From the NCBI RefSeq assembly GCF_000252995.1, contig NC_015761.1, positions 3,809,884 to 3,841,883 of the forward strand: 32,000 nt of DNA. Reading direction: 5' to 3'. A program made the position numbers and the translations under genes. Origin of the DNA: Salmonella bongori NCTC 12419. Its GTDB lineage: Bacteria > Pseudomonadota > Gammaproteobacteria > Enterobacterales > Enterobacteriaceae. Below the pieces are notes generated by a model. It did no database searches. It was not told where the DNA came from and was given only the letters and a program-made list of their open reading frames with translations. Of this stretch, positions 11,206-21,201 are shown one piece after another; the first letter of the stretch is position 1, and the number at the start of each line of letters is the position of its first letter.

Positions 11206-12281
11206 CTGAACTGATTCACGTCCTGGGATCGGATATCCCTCACCATAACCACACCGTGCTGCGGTTTTTTAATGATACGCTGGCCGCCACAAGTGAACAC
11301 GCGCGCGAATTTATGGTTGTCGGCGAGGACAACGGCTTTATGGAGAGCTGTCCGGCGCTCTCGCTTCGTTTTTATGGTAGTAAGAAAGCGTTGGCGCAGG
11401 CGGTCATCGCCAAAGCGAAGGCAAATCGGCGCCAGCGATTCTTCTTTCACGGTCAGTTCAACACCAGCCTGTGGCTGGCGCTGTTAAGTGGCGGTATTAA
11501 GCCTGCCCAGTTTTACTGGCATATCTGGGGCGCGGATCTCTACGAAGTGTCCCACGGGCTGAAATTTCGCCTTTTCTACCCGCTTCGTCGTATCGCGCAG
11601 GGGCGAGTAGGGTGCGTATTCGCGACGCGCGGCGATCTCAGCTATTTTGCGCGCCAGCATCCGGGCGTGCGCGGCGAGTTGCTCTATTTTCCGACACGCA
11701 TGGATCCCTCCCTGAATTCAGTGGCAAAAGGTGGTCAACGTACGGGAAAAATGACCATATTGGTGGGCAACTCCGGCGATCGGAGTAATGAACATATTGC
11801 GGCGTTACGGGCAGTGCATCAACAGTTTGGCGATACGGTAAATGTGGTGGTGCCGATGGGCTATCCAGCCAATAACCAGGCTTATATTGATGAGGTGCGC
11901 CAGGCGGGACTGGCATTATTTAGTACTGAAAACCTACGAATTCTTAGCGAAAAAATGGAATTTGATGCCTATCTGGCACTGCTTCATCAGTGTGACCTCG
12001 GCTATTTCGTTTTTGCTCGCCAGCAAGGGATTGGGACGTTGTGTTTACTGATTCAGGCCGACGTCCCGTGCGTGTTGAACCGCGACAATCCTTTCTGGCA
12101 GGATATGGCGGAACAGCATCTGCCCGTCCTGTTTACCACAGATGACTTGAATGAGCAGGTGGTCCGTGAGGCACAGCGCCAGCTCGCGTCGGTAGATAAA
12201 AGCGGCATCACCTTCTTTAGCCCTAATTACCTGCAACCGTGGCATAATGCGTTGAGAATCGCCGCAGGAGAAGCCGAATGA
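11202..12281 (+). CDS. wecF: TDP-Fuc4NAc:lipid II Fuc4NAc transferase (359 aa)
   Basis: [25 protein letters not shown]... matches the recalled WecF/RffT. ATGA overlap with wzxE. Confidence 0.93.
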   Translation: MTELIHVLGSDIPHHNHTVLRFFNDTLAATSEHAREFMVVGEDNGFMESCPALSLRFYGSKKALAQAVIAKAKANRRQRFFFHGQFNTSLWLALLSGGIKPAQFYWHIWGADLYEVSHGLKFRLFYPLRRIAQGRVGCVFATRGDLSYFARQHPGVRGELLYFPTRMDPSLNSVAKGGQRTGKMTILVGNSGDRSNEHIAALRAVHQQFGDTVNVVVPMGYPANNQAYIDEVRQAGLALFSTENLRILSEKMEFDAYLALLHQCDLGYFVFARQQGIGTLCLLIQADVPCVLNRDNPFWQDMAEQHLPVLFTTDDLNEQVVREAQRQLASVDKSGITFFSPNYLQPWHNALRIAAGEAE

Positions 12282-13636
12282 GTTTGATGCAATTCAGCGG
12301 GCTGCTGGTGGTCTGGCTGCTCTCTACGCTGTTTATCGCCACGCTGACCTGGTTTGAATTCCGCCGCGTGCGTTTTAATTTCAATGTGTTCTTCTCATTG
12401 CTGTTTTTATTGACCTTCTTTTTTGGTTTTCCGCTAACCAGCGTGCTGGTGTTTCGTTTCGACGTTGGCGTCGCGCCGCCGGAAATTTTATTGCAGGCAT
12501 TGTTATCTGCGGCCTGTTTCTACGGCGTATATTACGTGACCTATAAAACGCGTTTACGCAAACGCGTTGTGGATGTGCCGCGCAAGCCGCTATTTACCAT
12601 GAACCGGGTGGAAACCCATCTTACCTGGGTGATCCTGATGGGCATCGCGCTGGTGAGCGTAGCGATTTTCTTTATGCATAACGGCTTTTTGCTGTTCCGT
12701 CTGCACTCCTACAGCCAGATCTTCTCCAGCGAAGTTTCCGGCGTGGCGTTAAAACGGTTCTTCTATTTCTTTATTCCGGCGATGCTGGTGGTCTATTTCC
12801 TGCGTCAGGACAGTAAAGCGTGGCTGTTCTTTCTGGTGAGCACCGTCGCGTTTGGTCTGTTGACCTATATGATTGTCGGCGGCACGCGCGCCAACATCAT
12901 TATTGCGTTTGCTATCTTTCTGTTTATCGGCATTATTCGAGGCTGGATCAGCCTGTGGATGCTGGCGGCGGCGGGCGTACTGGGGATTGTCGGTATGTTC
13001 TGGCTGGCGCTTAAACGCTATGGGTTAAATGTCAGTGGCGATGAGGCGTTCTACACGTTTCTTTATCTGACGCGCGATACTTTTTCGCCGTGGGAGAATC
13101 TGGCGCTGCTGTTGCAAAATTACCACAATATTGATTTTCAGGGGTTGGCCCCTATCGTGCGTGATTTCTACGTCTTTATTCCCACCTGGTTATGGCCGGG
13201 ACGCCCCAGTATTGTGCTGAATTCCGCGAATTACTTTACCTGGGAAGTCCTGAATAACCATTCCGGCCTGGCGATTTCGCCCACGCTGATTGGATCGCTG
13301 ATAGTCATGGGCGGAGCACTATTTATTCCGCTCGGCGCGATCGTTGTCGGGCTGATCATCAAATGGTTCGACTGGCTGTATGAACTGGGTAACCAGGAGA
13401 CCAATCGCTATAAGGCGGCGATTTTGCACAGTTTTTGCTTTGGCGCCATTTTTAACATGATTGTGCTGGCGCGGGAAGGGCTGGATTCGTTTGTTTCACG
13501 AGTGGTCTTCTTCCTGGTGATTTTTGGCGCCAGCCTGCTGGTCGCTAAGCTTCTGTTCTGGCTATTTGATAGCGCCGGACTGATCCATAAACGCACCACT
13601 TCGCTCCCTCAGGCACAGGTAGAAGGAAAACTATGA
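12278..13636 (+). CDS. wzyE: ECA polymerase (452 aa)
   Basis: Highly hydrophobic multi-pass protein at the conserved position between wecF and wecG. ATGA overlaps on both sides. Confidence 0.92.
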   Translation: MSLMQFSGLLVVWLLSTLFIATLTWFEFRRVRFNFNVFFSLLFLLTFFFGFPLTSVLVFRFDVGVAPPEILLQALLSAACFYGVYYVTYKTRLRKRVVDVPRKPLFTMNRVETHLTWVILMGIALVSVAIFFMHNGFLLFRLHSYSQIFSSEVSGVALKRFFYFFIPAMLVVYFLRQDSKAWLFFLVSTVAFGLLTYMIVGGTRANIIIAFAIFLFIGIIRGWISLWMLAAAGVLGIVGMFWLALKRYGLNVSGDEAFYTFLYLTRDTFSPWENLALLLQNYHNIDFQGLAPIVRDFYVFIPTWLWPGRPSIVLNSANYFTWEVLNNHSGLAISPTLIGSLIVMGGALFIPLGAIVVGLIIKWFDWLYELGNQETNRYKAAILHSFCFGAIFNMIVLAREGLDSFVSRVVFFLVIFGASLLVAKLLFWLFDSAGLIHKRTTSLPQAQVEGKL

Positions 13637-14373
13637 CCCATAACGCCAATGCGCCTCTCTATTCTCTACGTGGATTACCCCTGATTGGCTGGCGCGACAT
13701 GCAACACGCACTGAATTATCTGTTTGCCGACGGGCAACTGAAGCAAGGCACGTTGGTGGCGATCAACGCCGAAAAGCTGCTGACGGCAGAAGATAGTCCG
13801 GAAGTACGCGCGTTGATAGCGGCGGCGGAATTTAAATATGCTGATGGCATCAGCGTCGTGCGCTCAATACGTAAAAAATTTCCGCAGGCGCAGGTCTCTC
13901 GCGTGGCTGGCGCCGATCTTTGGGAGGCGCTGATGGCGCGTGCGGGTAAAGAGGGTACGCCGGTCTTTCTTGTCGGCGGCAAGCCTGAAGTGCTGGCGCA
14001 GACGGAAGAAAAACTACGGGCGCAGTGGAACGTCAATATTGTGGGTAGCCAGGATGGTTACTTTACGCCGGAGCAGCGCCAGGCTTTGTTTGCGCGTATC
14101 CATGCCAGCGGGGCGAAAATTGTCACCGTCGCGATGGGATCGCCGAAACAGGAATTGCTAATGCGCGATTGTCGGGAAGTGCATCCCCATGCGCTATATA
14201 TGGGGGTGGGCGGTACCTATGATGTGTTTACCGGTCACGTTAAACGCGCCCCGAAACTATGGCAGAACCTGGGGCTGGAATGGCTGTATCGTCTGCTTTC
14301 TCAGCCGAGTCGTATTAGCCGTCAGGTACGTTTGCTGCGCTACCTTCGCTGGCACTATACGGGCGACCTCTAA
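13633..14373 (+). CDS. wecG: UDP-ManNAcA:lipid I ManNAcA transferase (246 aa)
   Basis: WecB/TagA/CpsF-family sequence, and the last gene of the cluster at the conserved position. Matches the recalled WecG/RffM. Confidence 0.93.
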   Translation: MTHNANAPLYSLRGLPLIGWRDMQHALNYLFADGQLKQGTLVAINAEKLLTAEDSPEVRALIAAAEFKYADGISVVRSIRKKFPQAQVSRVAGADLWEALMARAGKEGTPVFLVGGKPEVLAQTEEKLRAQWNVNIVGSQDGYFTPEQRQALFARIHASGAKIVTVAMGSPKQELLMRDCREVHPHALYMGVGGTYDVFTGHVKRAPKLWQNLGLEWLYRLLSQPSRISRQVRLLRYLRWHYTGDL

Positions 14374-14392
14374 TTTCCCCTTCTGAGCATTT

Positions 14393-14421
14393 GAGCAGCG
14401 CATTGTCCTTATGCGTTGCTC
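14393..14421 (+). terminator. possible weak terminator or stabilising hairpin after wecG
   Basis: GAGCAGCGCAT (14393-14403) pairs with ATGCGTTGCTC (14411-14421), with one G-U pair and a 7-nt loop. No T-run follows, so intrinsic termination is doubtful. Confidence 0.35.
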
Positions 14422-14578
14422 ATTCACAATACAATCGATGCTTTATTACACAATAAATGCATTTTTTTAATGCTTCATTTGCCATTTATCCAAATTTAAG
14501 AAAATATTCGCAACAATCGATGTACCCATAACAATAACCGGCACGACCGGAACCGTTGCAAACACGACATGAGGATTT

Positions 14579-15964
14579 ATGGCAGAGAAAAAACCGGAGC
14601 TACAGCGTGGGCTGGAAGCTCGTCATATTGAATTGATTGCCCTTGGTGGCACTATCGGCGTCGGACTCTTTATGGGGGCCGCCAGTACGCTGAAATGGGC
14701 AGGTCCATCCGTGCTACTGGCGTATATTATCGCCGGGCTGTTCGTCTTTTTTATTATGCGTTCGATGGGGGAGATGCTTTTTCTGGAACCCGTCACCGGC
14801 TCCTTCGCCGTGTACGCTCATCGCTACATGAGTCCGTTTTTTGGCTATCTTACCGCCTGGTCGTACTGGTTTATGTGGATGGCGGTCGGGATCTCGGAGA
14901 TTACTGCCATCGGGGTCTACGTTCAGTTTTGGTTCCCGGAGATGGCGCAATGGATACCCGCGCTGATTGCCGTGGGGCTGGTAGCGTTAGCGAACCTGGC
15001 GGCGGTGCGTCTGTATGGTGAAATCGAGTTCTGGTTTGCGATGATTAAAGTCACCACGATCATTGTGATGATCGTGATTGGCCTGGGCGTGATTTTCTTC
15101 GGTTTTGGCAACAGCGGTCAGGCGATTGGCTTTGGTAATCTGACCGAGCATGGCGGATTTTTTGCTGGCGGCTGGAAAGGTTTTCTGACCGCATTATGTA
15201 TCGTGGTAGCCTCTTATCAGGGGGTTGAGTTGATAGGCATTACCGCTGGTGAGGCGAAGAACCCGCAGGTTACGTTGCGTAGCGCGGTGGGTAAAGTGCT
15301 GTGGCGTATCCTGATTTTTTATGTTGGCGCGATTTTCGTTATTGTCACCATTTTCCCGTGGAATGAGATTGGCAGCAATGGTAGCCCCTTCGTACTCACC
15401 TTCGCGAAAATCGGCATTACCGCCGCGGCAGGCATTATCAACTTTGTCGTGCTGACGGCGGCGCTCTCCGGCTGTAACAGCGGAATGTATAGCTGTGGGC
15501 GTATGCTTTACGCGCTGGCGAAAAACCGTCAACTGCCAGCGGCAGTCGCGAAAGTCTCTCGCCACGGCGTGCCGGTGGCGGGTGTGGCGCTCTCTATTTT
15601 GATTTTGTTGGTTGGTTCCTGTCTGAATTACATTATCCCGAATCCCCAGCGCGTCTTTGTTTACGTTTATAGCGCAAGCGTATTGCCGGGGATGGTGCCA
15701 TGGTTTGTGATTCTGATTAGCCAGTTACGTTTTCGTCGGGCGCATAAAGTGGCGATAGCGAGTCATCCTTTTCGTTCCATTATGTTCCCGTGGGCGAACT
15801 ATCTGACGATGGTGTTTCTGGTTTGCGTTTTAATCGGCATGTACTTTAATGAAGATACCCGCATGTCGCTGTTTGTCGGCGTCATCTTCCTGTTGGCCGT
15901 GACGCTGGTCTACAAAGTTTTCGGCCTGAATCGTCACGGAACCGCCCACAAGGTGGGGGAATAA
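14579..15964 (+). CDS. yifK: APC-family amino acid permease YifK (461 aa)
   Basis: [33 protein letters not shown] is the classic amino-acid permease N-terminal signature, with about 12 hydrophobic segments. RBS GAGGA lies 6 nt upstream. Position is conserved before argX. Confidence 0.93.
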   Translation: MAEKKPELQRGLEARHIELIALGGTIGVGLFMGAASTLKWAGPSVLLAYIIAGLFVFFIMRSMGEMLFLEPVTGSFAVYAHRYMSPFFGYLTAWSYWFMWMAVGISEITAIGVYVQFWFPEMAQWIPALIAVGLVALANLAAVRLYGEIEFWFAMIKVTTIIVMIVIGLGVIFFGFGNSGQAIGFGNLTEHGGFFAGGWKGFLTALCIVVASYQGVELIGITAGEAKNPQVTLRSAVGKVLWRILIFYVGAIFVIVTIFPWNEIGSNGSPFVLTFAKIGITAAAGIINFVVLTAALSGCNSGMYSCGRMLYALAKNRQLPAAVAKVSRHGVPVAGVALSILILLVGSCLNYIIPNPQRVFVYVYSASVLPGMVPWFVILISQLRFRRAHKVAIASHPFRSIMFPWANYLTMVFLVCVLIGMYFNEDTRMSLFVGVIFLLAVTLVYKVFGLNRHGTAHKVGE

Positions 15965-16016
15965 GCGACAAAACGCGCAAAGCGTAACCAAACGCGCATT
16001 TTATTTAAAAAGGCAC

Positions 16017-16045
16017 TGGACAGCGGGGTGTGAAGTCCGTATTAT
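16017..16045 (+). promoter_or_regulatory. putative sigma70 promoter of the argX-hisR-leuT-proM operon
   Basis: TGGACA (16017-16022), a 17-bp spacer, then TATTAT (16040-16045). It is followed by a GC-rich discriminator CCACCCCCGC and preceded by an A/T-rich UP-like tract. The first tRNA starts about 15 nt after the predicted TSS. Confidence 0.55.
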
Positions 16046-16066
16046 CCACCCCCGCAACGGCGCTAA

Positions 16067-16143
<77 letters not shown>

Positions 16144-16196
16144 TTTATTTAGGTGCTTGAGCTGCGGTGGTTTAATACCGCGTAAAAAGTTTCAGT

Positions 16197-16273
16197 GGTG
16201 GCTATAGCTCAGTTGGTAGAGCCCTGGATTGTGATTCCAGTTGTCGTGGGTTCGAATCCCATTAGCCACCCCA
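16197..16273 (+). tRNA. hisR: tRNA-His (anticodon GTG), 77 nt including G-1
   Basis: GGTGGCTATAGCTCAGTTGGTAGAGCCCTGGATTGTGATTCCAG...AGCCACCCCA matches the recalled hisR, including the extra 5' G-1. Confidence 0.95.
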
Positions 16274-16303
16274 TTAATATAGAGTTGTGAAACGCGAAGG
16301 TGG

Positions 16304-16380
16304 CGGAATTGGTAGACGCGCTAGCTTCAGGTGTTAGTGTCCTTACGGACGTGGGGGTTCAAGTCCCCCCCCTCGCACCA
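16304..16380 (+). tRNA. leuT: tRNA-Leu (anticodon CAG), 77 nt by coordinates, with an extended variable arm
   Basis: GCGAAGGTGGCGGAATTGGTAGACGCGCTAGCTTCAGGTGTTAG...CCCTCGCACCA matches the recalled tRNA-Leu(CAG). Confidence 0.95.
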
Positions 16381-16421
16381 CGACTCAACGAGTTGAACTA
16401 AAAACTCAAAAAGTAGTACAT

Positions 16422-16498
16422 CGGCGAGTAGCGCAGCTTGGTAGCGCAACTGGTTTGGGACCAGTGGGTCGGAGGTTCGAATCCTCTCTCGCCGACCA
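16422..16498 (+). tRNA. proM: tRNA-Pro (anticodon TGG), 77 nt
   Basis: CGGCGAGTAGCGCAGCTTGGTAGCGCAACTGGTTTGGGACCAGTGGGTCGGAGGTTCGAATCCTCTCTCGCCGACCA matches the recalled proM. Confidence 0.95.
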
Positions 16499-16504
16499 AT
16501 TTTG

Positions 16505-16534
16505 AACCCCGCTTCGGCGGGGTTTTTTGTTTTC
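16505..16534 (+). terminator. rho-independent terminator of the tRNA operon
   Basis: CCCCGC (16507-16512), TTCG tetraloop, GCGGGG (16517-16522), then TTTTTTGTTTT. Confidence 0.9.
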
Positions 16535-16606
16535 TGTTCCTTTTTACTCCGTTATTCTGCGTATGTTGGCCTCGTGGGCTATGGAACGTTATTACCCCTC
16601 CGTGTT

Positions 16607-16720
16607 TGTCGCTATTCGGTGACAAATAATCTTTTGATATATAAAACTTTTATTAAACATCACCTGTTTTGTCTCCGATGGGCGACACATTAAAGCTTCG
16701 CCTGCAGCAGGGAGACGACA
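16607..16720 (+). promoter_or_regulatory. upstream activator region of glmZ with three TGTC-N10-GACA-type sites (GlrR/QseF-like)
   Basis: The three sites are TGTC-GCTATTCGGT-GACA (16607-16624), TGTC-TCCGATGGGC-GACA (16670-16687) and an imperfect TGCA-GCAGGGAGAC-GACA (16703-16720). The motif is the one described for the GlrR activator of glmY/glmZ. Confidence 0.6.
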
Positions 16721-16779
16721 ATGTCGTGAATTTTCTACGCTTTTTTATCTCCTACGCTTGTTTTTTAGCGGTGCAAAAA

Positions 16780-16802
16780 TGGCACGTTATGTGCAATAAT
16801 AT
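16780..16802 (+). promoter_or_regulatory. sigma54-type -24/-12 promoter of glmZ overlapped by an AT-rich sigma70-like -10
   Basis: TGGCACGTTATGTGCA (16780-16795) compares well with the consensus TGGCAC-N5-TTGCA. The GC sits about 12-13 nt before the sRNA 5' end. TAATAT lies at 16797-16802. Confidence 0.65.
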
Positions 16803-16806
16803 ATGG

Positions 16807-17014
16807 GTAGATGCTCATTCCATCTCTTATGCTCGCCGTCTGGCTTCATAAACTCAGGAATGATGCAGAGCCGTTTACGGTGCTTATCGTCCACTGACAG
16901 ATGTCGCTTACGCCTCATCAAACACCCTGGACACAACGTTGAGTGAAGCACCCCTTTATGTTGTCATATAGACCTGTTTTGACGCCTGCCCCTTAACCGG
17001 GCAGGCGTTTTTTT
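16807..17014 (+). ncRNA. glmZ: GlmZ (SraJ/RyiA) small RNA, about 208 nt
   Basis: GTAGATGCTCATTCCATCTCTTATG...GACCTGTTTTGACGCCTGCCCCTTAACCGGGCAGGCGTTTTTTT aligns end to end with the recalled E. coli GlmZ. It ends in a terminator hairpin (16982-16991/16999-17008) plus T7. The position convergent with hemY is conserved. Confidence 0.85.
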
Positions 17015-17034
17015 ATAGGGAACGTGGATGGGTT

Positions 17035-17077
17035 GCCGGGCGGTAGTGCAGGCCCGGTCAGCGAAGCGCCACCGGGC
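17035..17077. repeat. REP element(s) between glmZ and hemY
   Basis: GCCCGGTCAGCGAAGCGCCACCGGGC (17052-17077) is an imperfect palindrome. An upstream CCGGGC (17036-17041) can alternatively pair with GCCCGG. A 25/26-identical copy lies at 28137-28162. Confidence 0.7.
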
Positions 17078-17087
17078 AGCAAGACGA

Positions 17088-18287
17088 TTATTGTGAGGGA
17101 TTGTTCTGTAACGTTAGCATCAGGCCGTCACGGCGCATGGCGGCAGCCTCCTCAGGCTGATGCAGTCGGTCGAGCGCATCGGCAAGCCAGGCGTAATCAT
17201 AAGCGTCCGGACGCTGTTTCAGCGCGGCGCGGAACGCCAGAGTTGCCTCCTGCCATTCGCCGTGTTTCATCAGTGACTGGCCGAGTGTGCTCCATAACAG
17301 TGGGCGATCGCCTACCGTTTTGATTTGCTGGCGCAGCACTTTCTCCAGTTGTTCCGGATTATTGGTTTTGAGGCGGGGAATCGGTAATACCAGTCGATCG
17401 TCATACTGGCGTTTCAGGCCGTCGATGATAATTTGCTGCGCCATATCATGATCGTCACATTCGATCAGATGTTCAGCCATGGCGACCTGAAGCGCCACCT
17501 GATGGCGGGTTTTACGGCTTTGGTTTTTCCACCAGGTGCGTAATCCTTCGCTACCCTGCTCGGCGCGAGCCTGATCCATCAACCCTATCCATGCCTGTTG
17601 TTCAAGCCGTGCGCGATGCGCTTCATCGCCGACGTTTGCTTTCGCCATCGACGGGATGATATCCAGTAAAGAACTCCATGCGCCGGTACGAATATAGGCT
17701 TGTTCCGCCAGGCGCAACACCTCCGGGTGACGCGGTGTGACTTCCAGCAGCTTGTCCACACCGTGGCGCGCCGCATGATTTTCATTGCGCGCCAGCTGTA
17801 AACGTACGCGGGTGATCTCTACCGGGATGGTGTCGTTCCCCGCCAGCTCTGCCGCACGTTCAAGGTGTTGATTAGCGCGCGCTTCATCACCACGCTGCTG
17901 CGCTGCTTCCGCCGCCAACAGATAGTTCACTACCGGCTGCTCAGCATGATCGGCATTTTTTGACATCAGCTTTTCAACCTGCTGATAGTCTCCTTCCGCC
18001 AGCTTAAGCAGCGCCTGTTCGGTTTGCTTGCGGGCGCGGCGGCGTTTACGGCCGGCAAACCAACCACGGGTATGCGCACCGGTACGAAACAGACGGCGTA
18101 GCAGCCACTCAATGATGAATAACACCACCATAGTGACGATGAGAATGATCGCCAGCCCGGTGACGCTGGTTTCAATATTGTAGTTATCGGTCTGGATTAG
18201 CACATAGCCCTGATGACCGGCAATCATCGGACCGACCACAATGCCGGCGAGTAACAATACAAAGAGCAATAATACTTTCAGCATCAT
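17088..18287 (-). CDS. hemY: HemY, TPR-containing inner-membrane protein of the hemCDXY operon (399 aa)
   Basis: [39 protein letters not shown]... matches the recalled HemY. Has two N-terminal TM segments. TAATG overlap with hemX. Confidence 0.93.
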   Translation of the reverse strand: MMLKVLLLFVLLLAGIVVGPMIAGHQGYVLIQTDNYNIETSVTGLAIILIVTMVVLFIIEWLLRRLFRTGAHTRGWFAGRKRRRARKQTEQALLKLAEGDYQQVEKLMSKNADHAEQPVVNYLLAAEAAQQRGDEARANQHLERAAELAGNDTIPVEITRVRLQLARNENHAARHGVDKLLEVTPRHPEVLRLAEQAYIRTGAWSSLLDIIPSMAKANVGDEAHRARLEQQAWIGLMDQARAEQGSEGLRTWWKNQSRKTRHQVALQVAMAEHLIECDDHDMAQQIIIDGLKRQYDDRLVLPIPRLKTNNPEQLEKVLRQQIKTVGDRPLLWSTLGQSLMKHGEWQEATLAFRAALKQRPDAYDYAWLADALDRLHQPEEAAAMRRDGLMLTLQNNPSQ

Positions 18288-19468
18288 TATTCTCCTTGCG
18301 GCGCGGCTGCCGGGGCGTTTGTCTGCGTTGCAGGCACAGACGGCGCTTCTGTTGCAGAGGCCGTCGGTTGCGCCAGTAGATTACGTACGCGGGTTTGCAT
18401 CAATTTTTCAAGAATTGCCTGGCTTTGCAGCGTTTCCGGCAGATCCATGGTGATATTTTGCTGGCTTAATTTATCAACCTCTTCCAGGAAGGCTTTTGTT
18501 GCGGCATCGTCAGTATCGTAGTAAGCGCGAACCCAGGTCGAAACGTTATCCAGCGCCTGGCGGTATGTTTCTTCCTGATGGCGTGGGACGGCCTGCGCGG
18601 CGACTAACAGGCGGGAGCGGATGTTTTCGCGCAGATAGACGTCCTGGTTCGGCGCCAGCAGCGGTACGGCGGTGTCATCGCGGCGACGAATAGTAATAAA
18701 GCTGTCCATAAAGTTCTGCCAGCTTTTTTGTAGGTTGACGCGCCATTCGCTTAGCGAACTGGACAACTCGCTGCTGTCTGAATCCATCGGTGAATCATCA
18801 GTATCGTTGTCAGCCAGGCGCAGATTATCTATTTGGTTAGAGAGCTGATTGAGTTTGAGAATAATACCGTCGTAGTCGATCTGCGTAACGGATGCCAGGC
18901 TGGCAATATCGTCAGTAATCGCACGCCGCGCGGTAATCAGGCTGGGGTCGTTCATGTCCGCCAGGCTGGCGTCAGCGCTTTTGAGCAACGCGGCGGCGGT
19001 AGTGACATCCTGATCGCTCCACAGCTTGCGTCCGGCGAGTTTTACCAGGAAATCAGCCTGCGCCAGCAGCCAGGTTTTTGCATCGCTGCCGGAAATAGTA
19101 GCGACTTTCTGTTGTACCTCATCAAGCTGCTTCGCCAGCGCCGCCTGCTGGCGATTCGCTTCATCTAACTGCGTCGCTTGTTTTTTGATAATCCCTTCCA
19201 GCTCCGCTTTTTGACTCTCCTGCGTCTTTTGTAAAGCAGTCAGTTGAGTTGCCAGCGCATCGTTGGTTTCTGTTTGCGCGGTCGCCTGTTGTTTCCCCCA
19301 ACTGTAAAGCCCAATACCCGCCGCCAGAGCAATCGCGATTGCTACCGCGCTTAATACCAACGCGGCGCCATTCTTACTTTTTTTGCCGGCATTGGCTGGC
19401 TGTGGCGTGGTTTCCACGGTCTCCCTGGTCTCATCAACCACGGCGGAGGATTTTTCTTGTTCCGTCAT
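18287..19468 (-). CDS. hemX: HemX, membrane-anchored protein of the hem operon (393 aa; function poorly defined)
   Basis: Single TM segment ([22 protein letters not shown]) followed by a Q/A/L-rich coiled-coil-like region. Position between hemD and hemY is conserved. Confidence 0.9.
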   Translation of the reverse strand: MTEQEKSSAVVDETRETVETTPQPANAGKKSKNGAALVLSAVAIAIALAAGIGLYSWGKQQATAQTETNDALATQLTALQKTQESQKAELEGIIKKQATQLDEANRQQAALAKQLDEVQQKVATISGSDAKTWLLAQADFLVKLAGRKLWSDQDVTTAAALLKSADASLADMNDPSLITARRAITDDIASLASVTQIDYDGIILKLNQLSNQIDNLRLADNDTDDSPMDSDSSELSSSLSEWRVNLQKSWQNFMDSFITIRRRDDTAVPLLAPNQDVYLRENIRSRLLVAAQAVPRHQEETYRQALDNVSTWVRAYYDTDDAATKAFLEEVDKLSQQNITMDLPETLQSQAILEKLMQTRVRNLLAQPTASATEAPSVPATQTNAPAAAPQGE

Positions 19469-19489
19469 TATGGCATCCCATTATGAGAG

Positions 19490-20230
19490 TTATTGTAATG
19501 CGCGCAATAGCGCATCGTTGTCGGCGTTATCAGCGACCTTAATATCCTGCCAGCCCAGTTCCCGGGCGAGGTTCGCCAGACGCTCACTGACGACCAGCAG
19601 CCGACAGCGTAGTAACCAGTGCTCACGATACCACTGGGGAATCAGCGACCAGAGCTGCTGCAACATTTCGCCGCTGGTAACAACAAGTGTTGTTACGCCG
19701 CGAGCATGCCAACGCATCGCTTCTTCTGCGCCATCGTAATGTTTCGCACTTCGTTGATAACATTCACAAAAACTGACTTCGGCTCCGCGAGCGGTTAGGG
19801 TTTCACCCAACAGTTCGCGCCCACCGTTGCCACGCAAAATCAGCGCGCGTTTGCCCGCAATATTTTGTAATTCAGGTAATTGTAGCAAGACTTCGCTGAT
19901 TTCCCGATCCAACGGATAACGAATATCAAACCCGCTAACGGTATGAAGAGCGAGCGCTGTGGTGCGGCCAATCGCAAAATAGCGCGGTAACGCAGGCCAG
20001 TGCCGACCATCCTGCTGGAGGCGGGCATGAGCGAAGGCGACGGCGTGCTGAGAAAGGGCAAAAACCAGATCGTTTTCCGTCAGTGTCGCCAGACGGTCAG
20101 CAAGGGTAGGCAGTTCCTGACCGGCGACAAATTCAATCAGCGGAAAACTCCAGGCCACCTGCCCCAGTGTGCGCAGACGGCTCACTAACGCCTCCCCTGC
20201 GGGAGAGGGGCGGGTGACCAGAATACTCAT
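19490..20230 (-). CDS. hemD: uroporphyrinogen-III synthase (246 aa)
   Basis: [34 protein letters not shown]... matches the recalled HemD. ATGA overlap with the hemC stop. Confidence 0.94.
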   Translation of the reverse strand: MSILVTRPSPAGEALVSRLRTLGQVAWSFPLIEFVAGQELPTLADRLATLTENDLVFALSQHAVAFAHARLQQDGRHWPALPRYFAIGRTTALALHTVSGFDIRYPLDREISEVLLQLPELQNIAGKRALILRGNGGRELLGETLTARGAEVSFCECYQRSAKHYDGAEEAMRWHARGVTTLVVTSGEMLQQLWSLIPQWYREHWLLRCRLLVVSERLANLARELGWQDIKVADNADNDALLRALQ

Positions 20231-21168
20231 GCGGGCGCCTCGCCGTTATAAACTTCCGTCAGAATCGCGCGCGCGCCGTTTTCCAGCAGTTCCTCTGCAA
20301 GCGAGATGCCCATTTGCTCCGCCTGCTCGGGAGAACCACGACGTTCGCCGCGCACCATCACCGAACCGTCCGGTGCGCCAACCAGCGCGCGTAGCCAAAT
20401 TTCGCCGTTGATGATTTCTGCATAGCTGCCAATCGGCACCTGACAGCCGCCTTCCAGGCGGGTGTTCATGGCGCGTTCCGCCGTTACGCGCAGCGCGGTT
20501 TGCGGGTGATTCAACGGTGCGAGCAGTGCCTGCGTTCGCGCGTCGTCAAGACGACATTCAATCCCGACGGCGCCCTGGCCTACGGCAGGAAGCGAAACGT
20601 CGGGCGGCAAGGCTGTGCGAATACGCGATTCCAGGCCTAAGCGTTTCAGACCTGCCACGGCCAGGATAATGGCGTCATAGTCGCCGTTGTCCAACTTGCC
20701 GAGGCGTGTGCCGACATTGCCGCGCAACGAACGGATAATGAGGTCTGGACGGCGTTCCGCCAGTTGACACTGACGCCGTAAGCTGGACGTCCCGACGATA
20801 CTGCCCGCGGGCAGATCATCCAGACTGTGGTATTTATTCGAGACAAAAGCGTCACGCGGATCTTCGCGCTCGCAAATTGTCACCAGGCCGAGACCGTCCG
20901 GAAAAGCCACCGGAACGTCTTTCATGGAGTGCACAGCGATATCGGCGCGTTTTTCCAGCAGCGCGATTTCCAGCTCTTTAACAAACAGTCCCTTGCCGCC
21001 CACTTTTGCCAGAGGGGTGTCGAGGATCACATCGCCGCGCGTGACCATCGGCACCAGTTCCACGATCAGTCCCGGGTGGGTTGCCATCAATGCGTCTTTG
21101 ACATAATGTGCCTGCCAAAGCGCAAGGGGACTTTGGCGTGTGGCAATTCTTAAAACATTGTCTAACAT
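20227..21168 (-). CDS. hemC: hydroxymethylbilane synthase / porphobilinogen deaminase (313 aa)
   Basis: The ATG at 21168 gives [23 protein letters not shown]..., the recalled 313-aa HemC. The track start at 21189 (TTG) adds 7 residues and is a possible alternative start. Confidence 0.92.
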   Translation of the reverse strand: MLDNVLRIATRQSPLALWQAHYVKDALMATHPGLIVELVPMVTRGDVILDTPLAKVGGKGLFVKELEIALLEKRADIAVHSMKDVPVAFPDGLGLVTICEREDPRDAFVSNKYHSLDDLPAGSIVGTSSLRRQCQLAERRPDLIIRSLRGNVGTRLGKLDNGDYDAIILAVAGLKRLGLESRIRTALPPDVSLPAVGQGAVGIECRLDDARTQALLAPLNHPQTALRVTAERAMNTRLEGGCQVPIGSYAEIINGEIWLRALVGAPDGSVMVRGERRGSPEQAEQMGISLAEELLENGARAILTEVYNGEAPA

Positions 21169-21201
21169 GCTTGTTACCGTCATTATCAATCATTGACCAT
21201 C

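Noticed and set aside
14457-14531. A 24-codon ORF (MHFFNASFAIYPNLRKYSQQSMYP) in the yifK upstream region.
   Set aside because: It has no SD, lies in AT-rich promoter-like DNA, and is more likely regulatory sequence.
15971-16006. Direct repeat AAACGCGCA (twice) between yifK and the tRNA promoter, considered as a yifK terminator.
   Set aside because: It forms no stable hairpin and has no proper stem/T-run arrangement, so it is likely fortuitous.
16398-16693. Three ORFs of 63-75 aa overlapping the tRNA-Pro gene, its terminator and the glmZ upstream region.
   Set aside because: They overlap structural RNA genes and a terminator on both strands, so they are not credible coding sequences.
16669-16851. 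A 60-aa ORF spanning the glmZ promoter and the 5' end of GlmZ.
   Set aside because: The region is better explained by the activator sites, the -24/-12 promoter and the sRNA. No SD is visible.
17039-17050. An ops-like sequence, GGCGGTAGTGCA (RfaH recruitment element consensus GGCGGTAGCGTG).
   Set aside because: Only the first 8 nt match. It lies inside a REP palindrome downstream of two convergent terminators, not in a 5' leader of a long operon.
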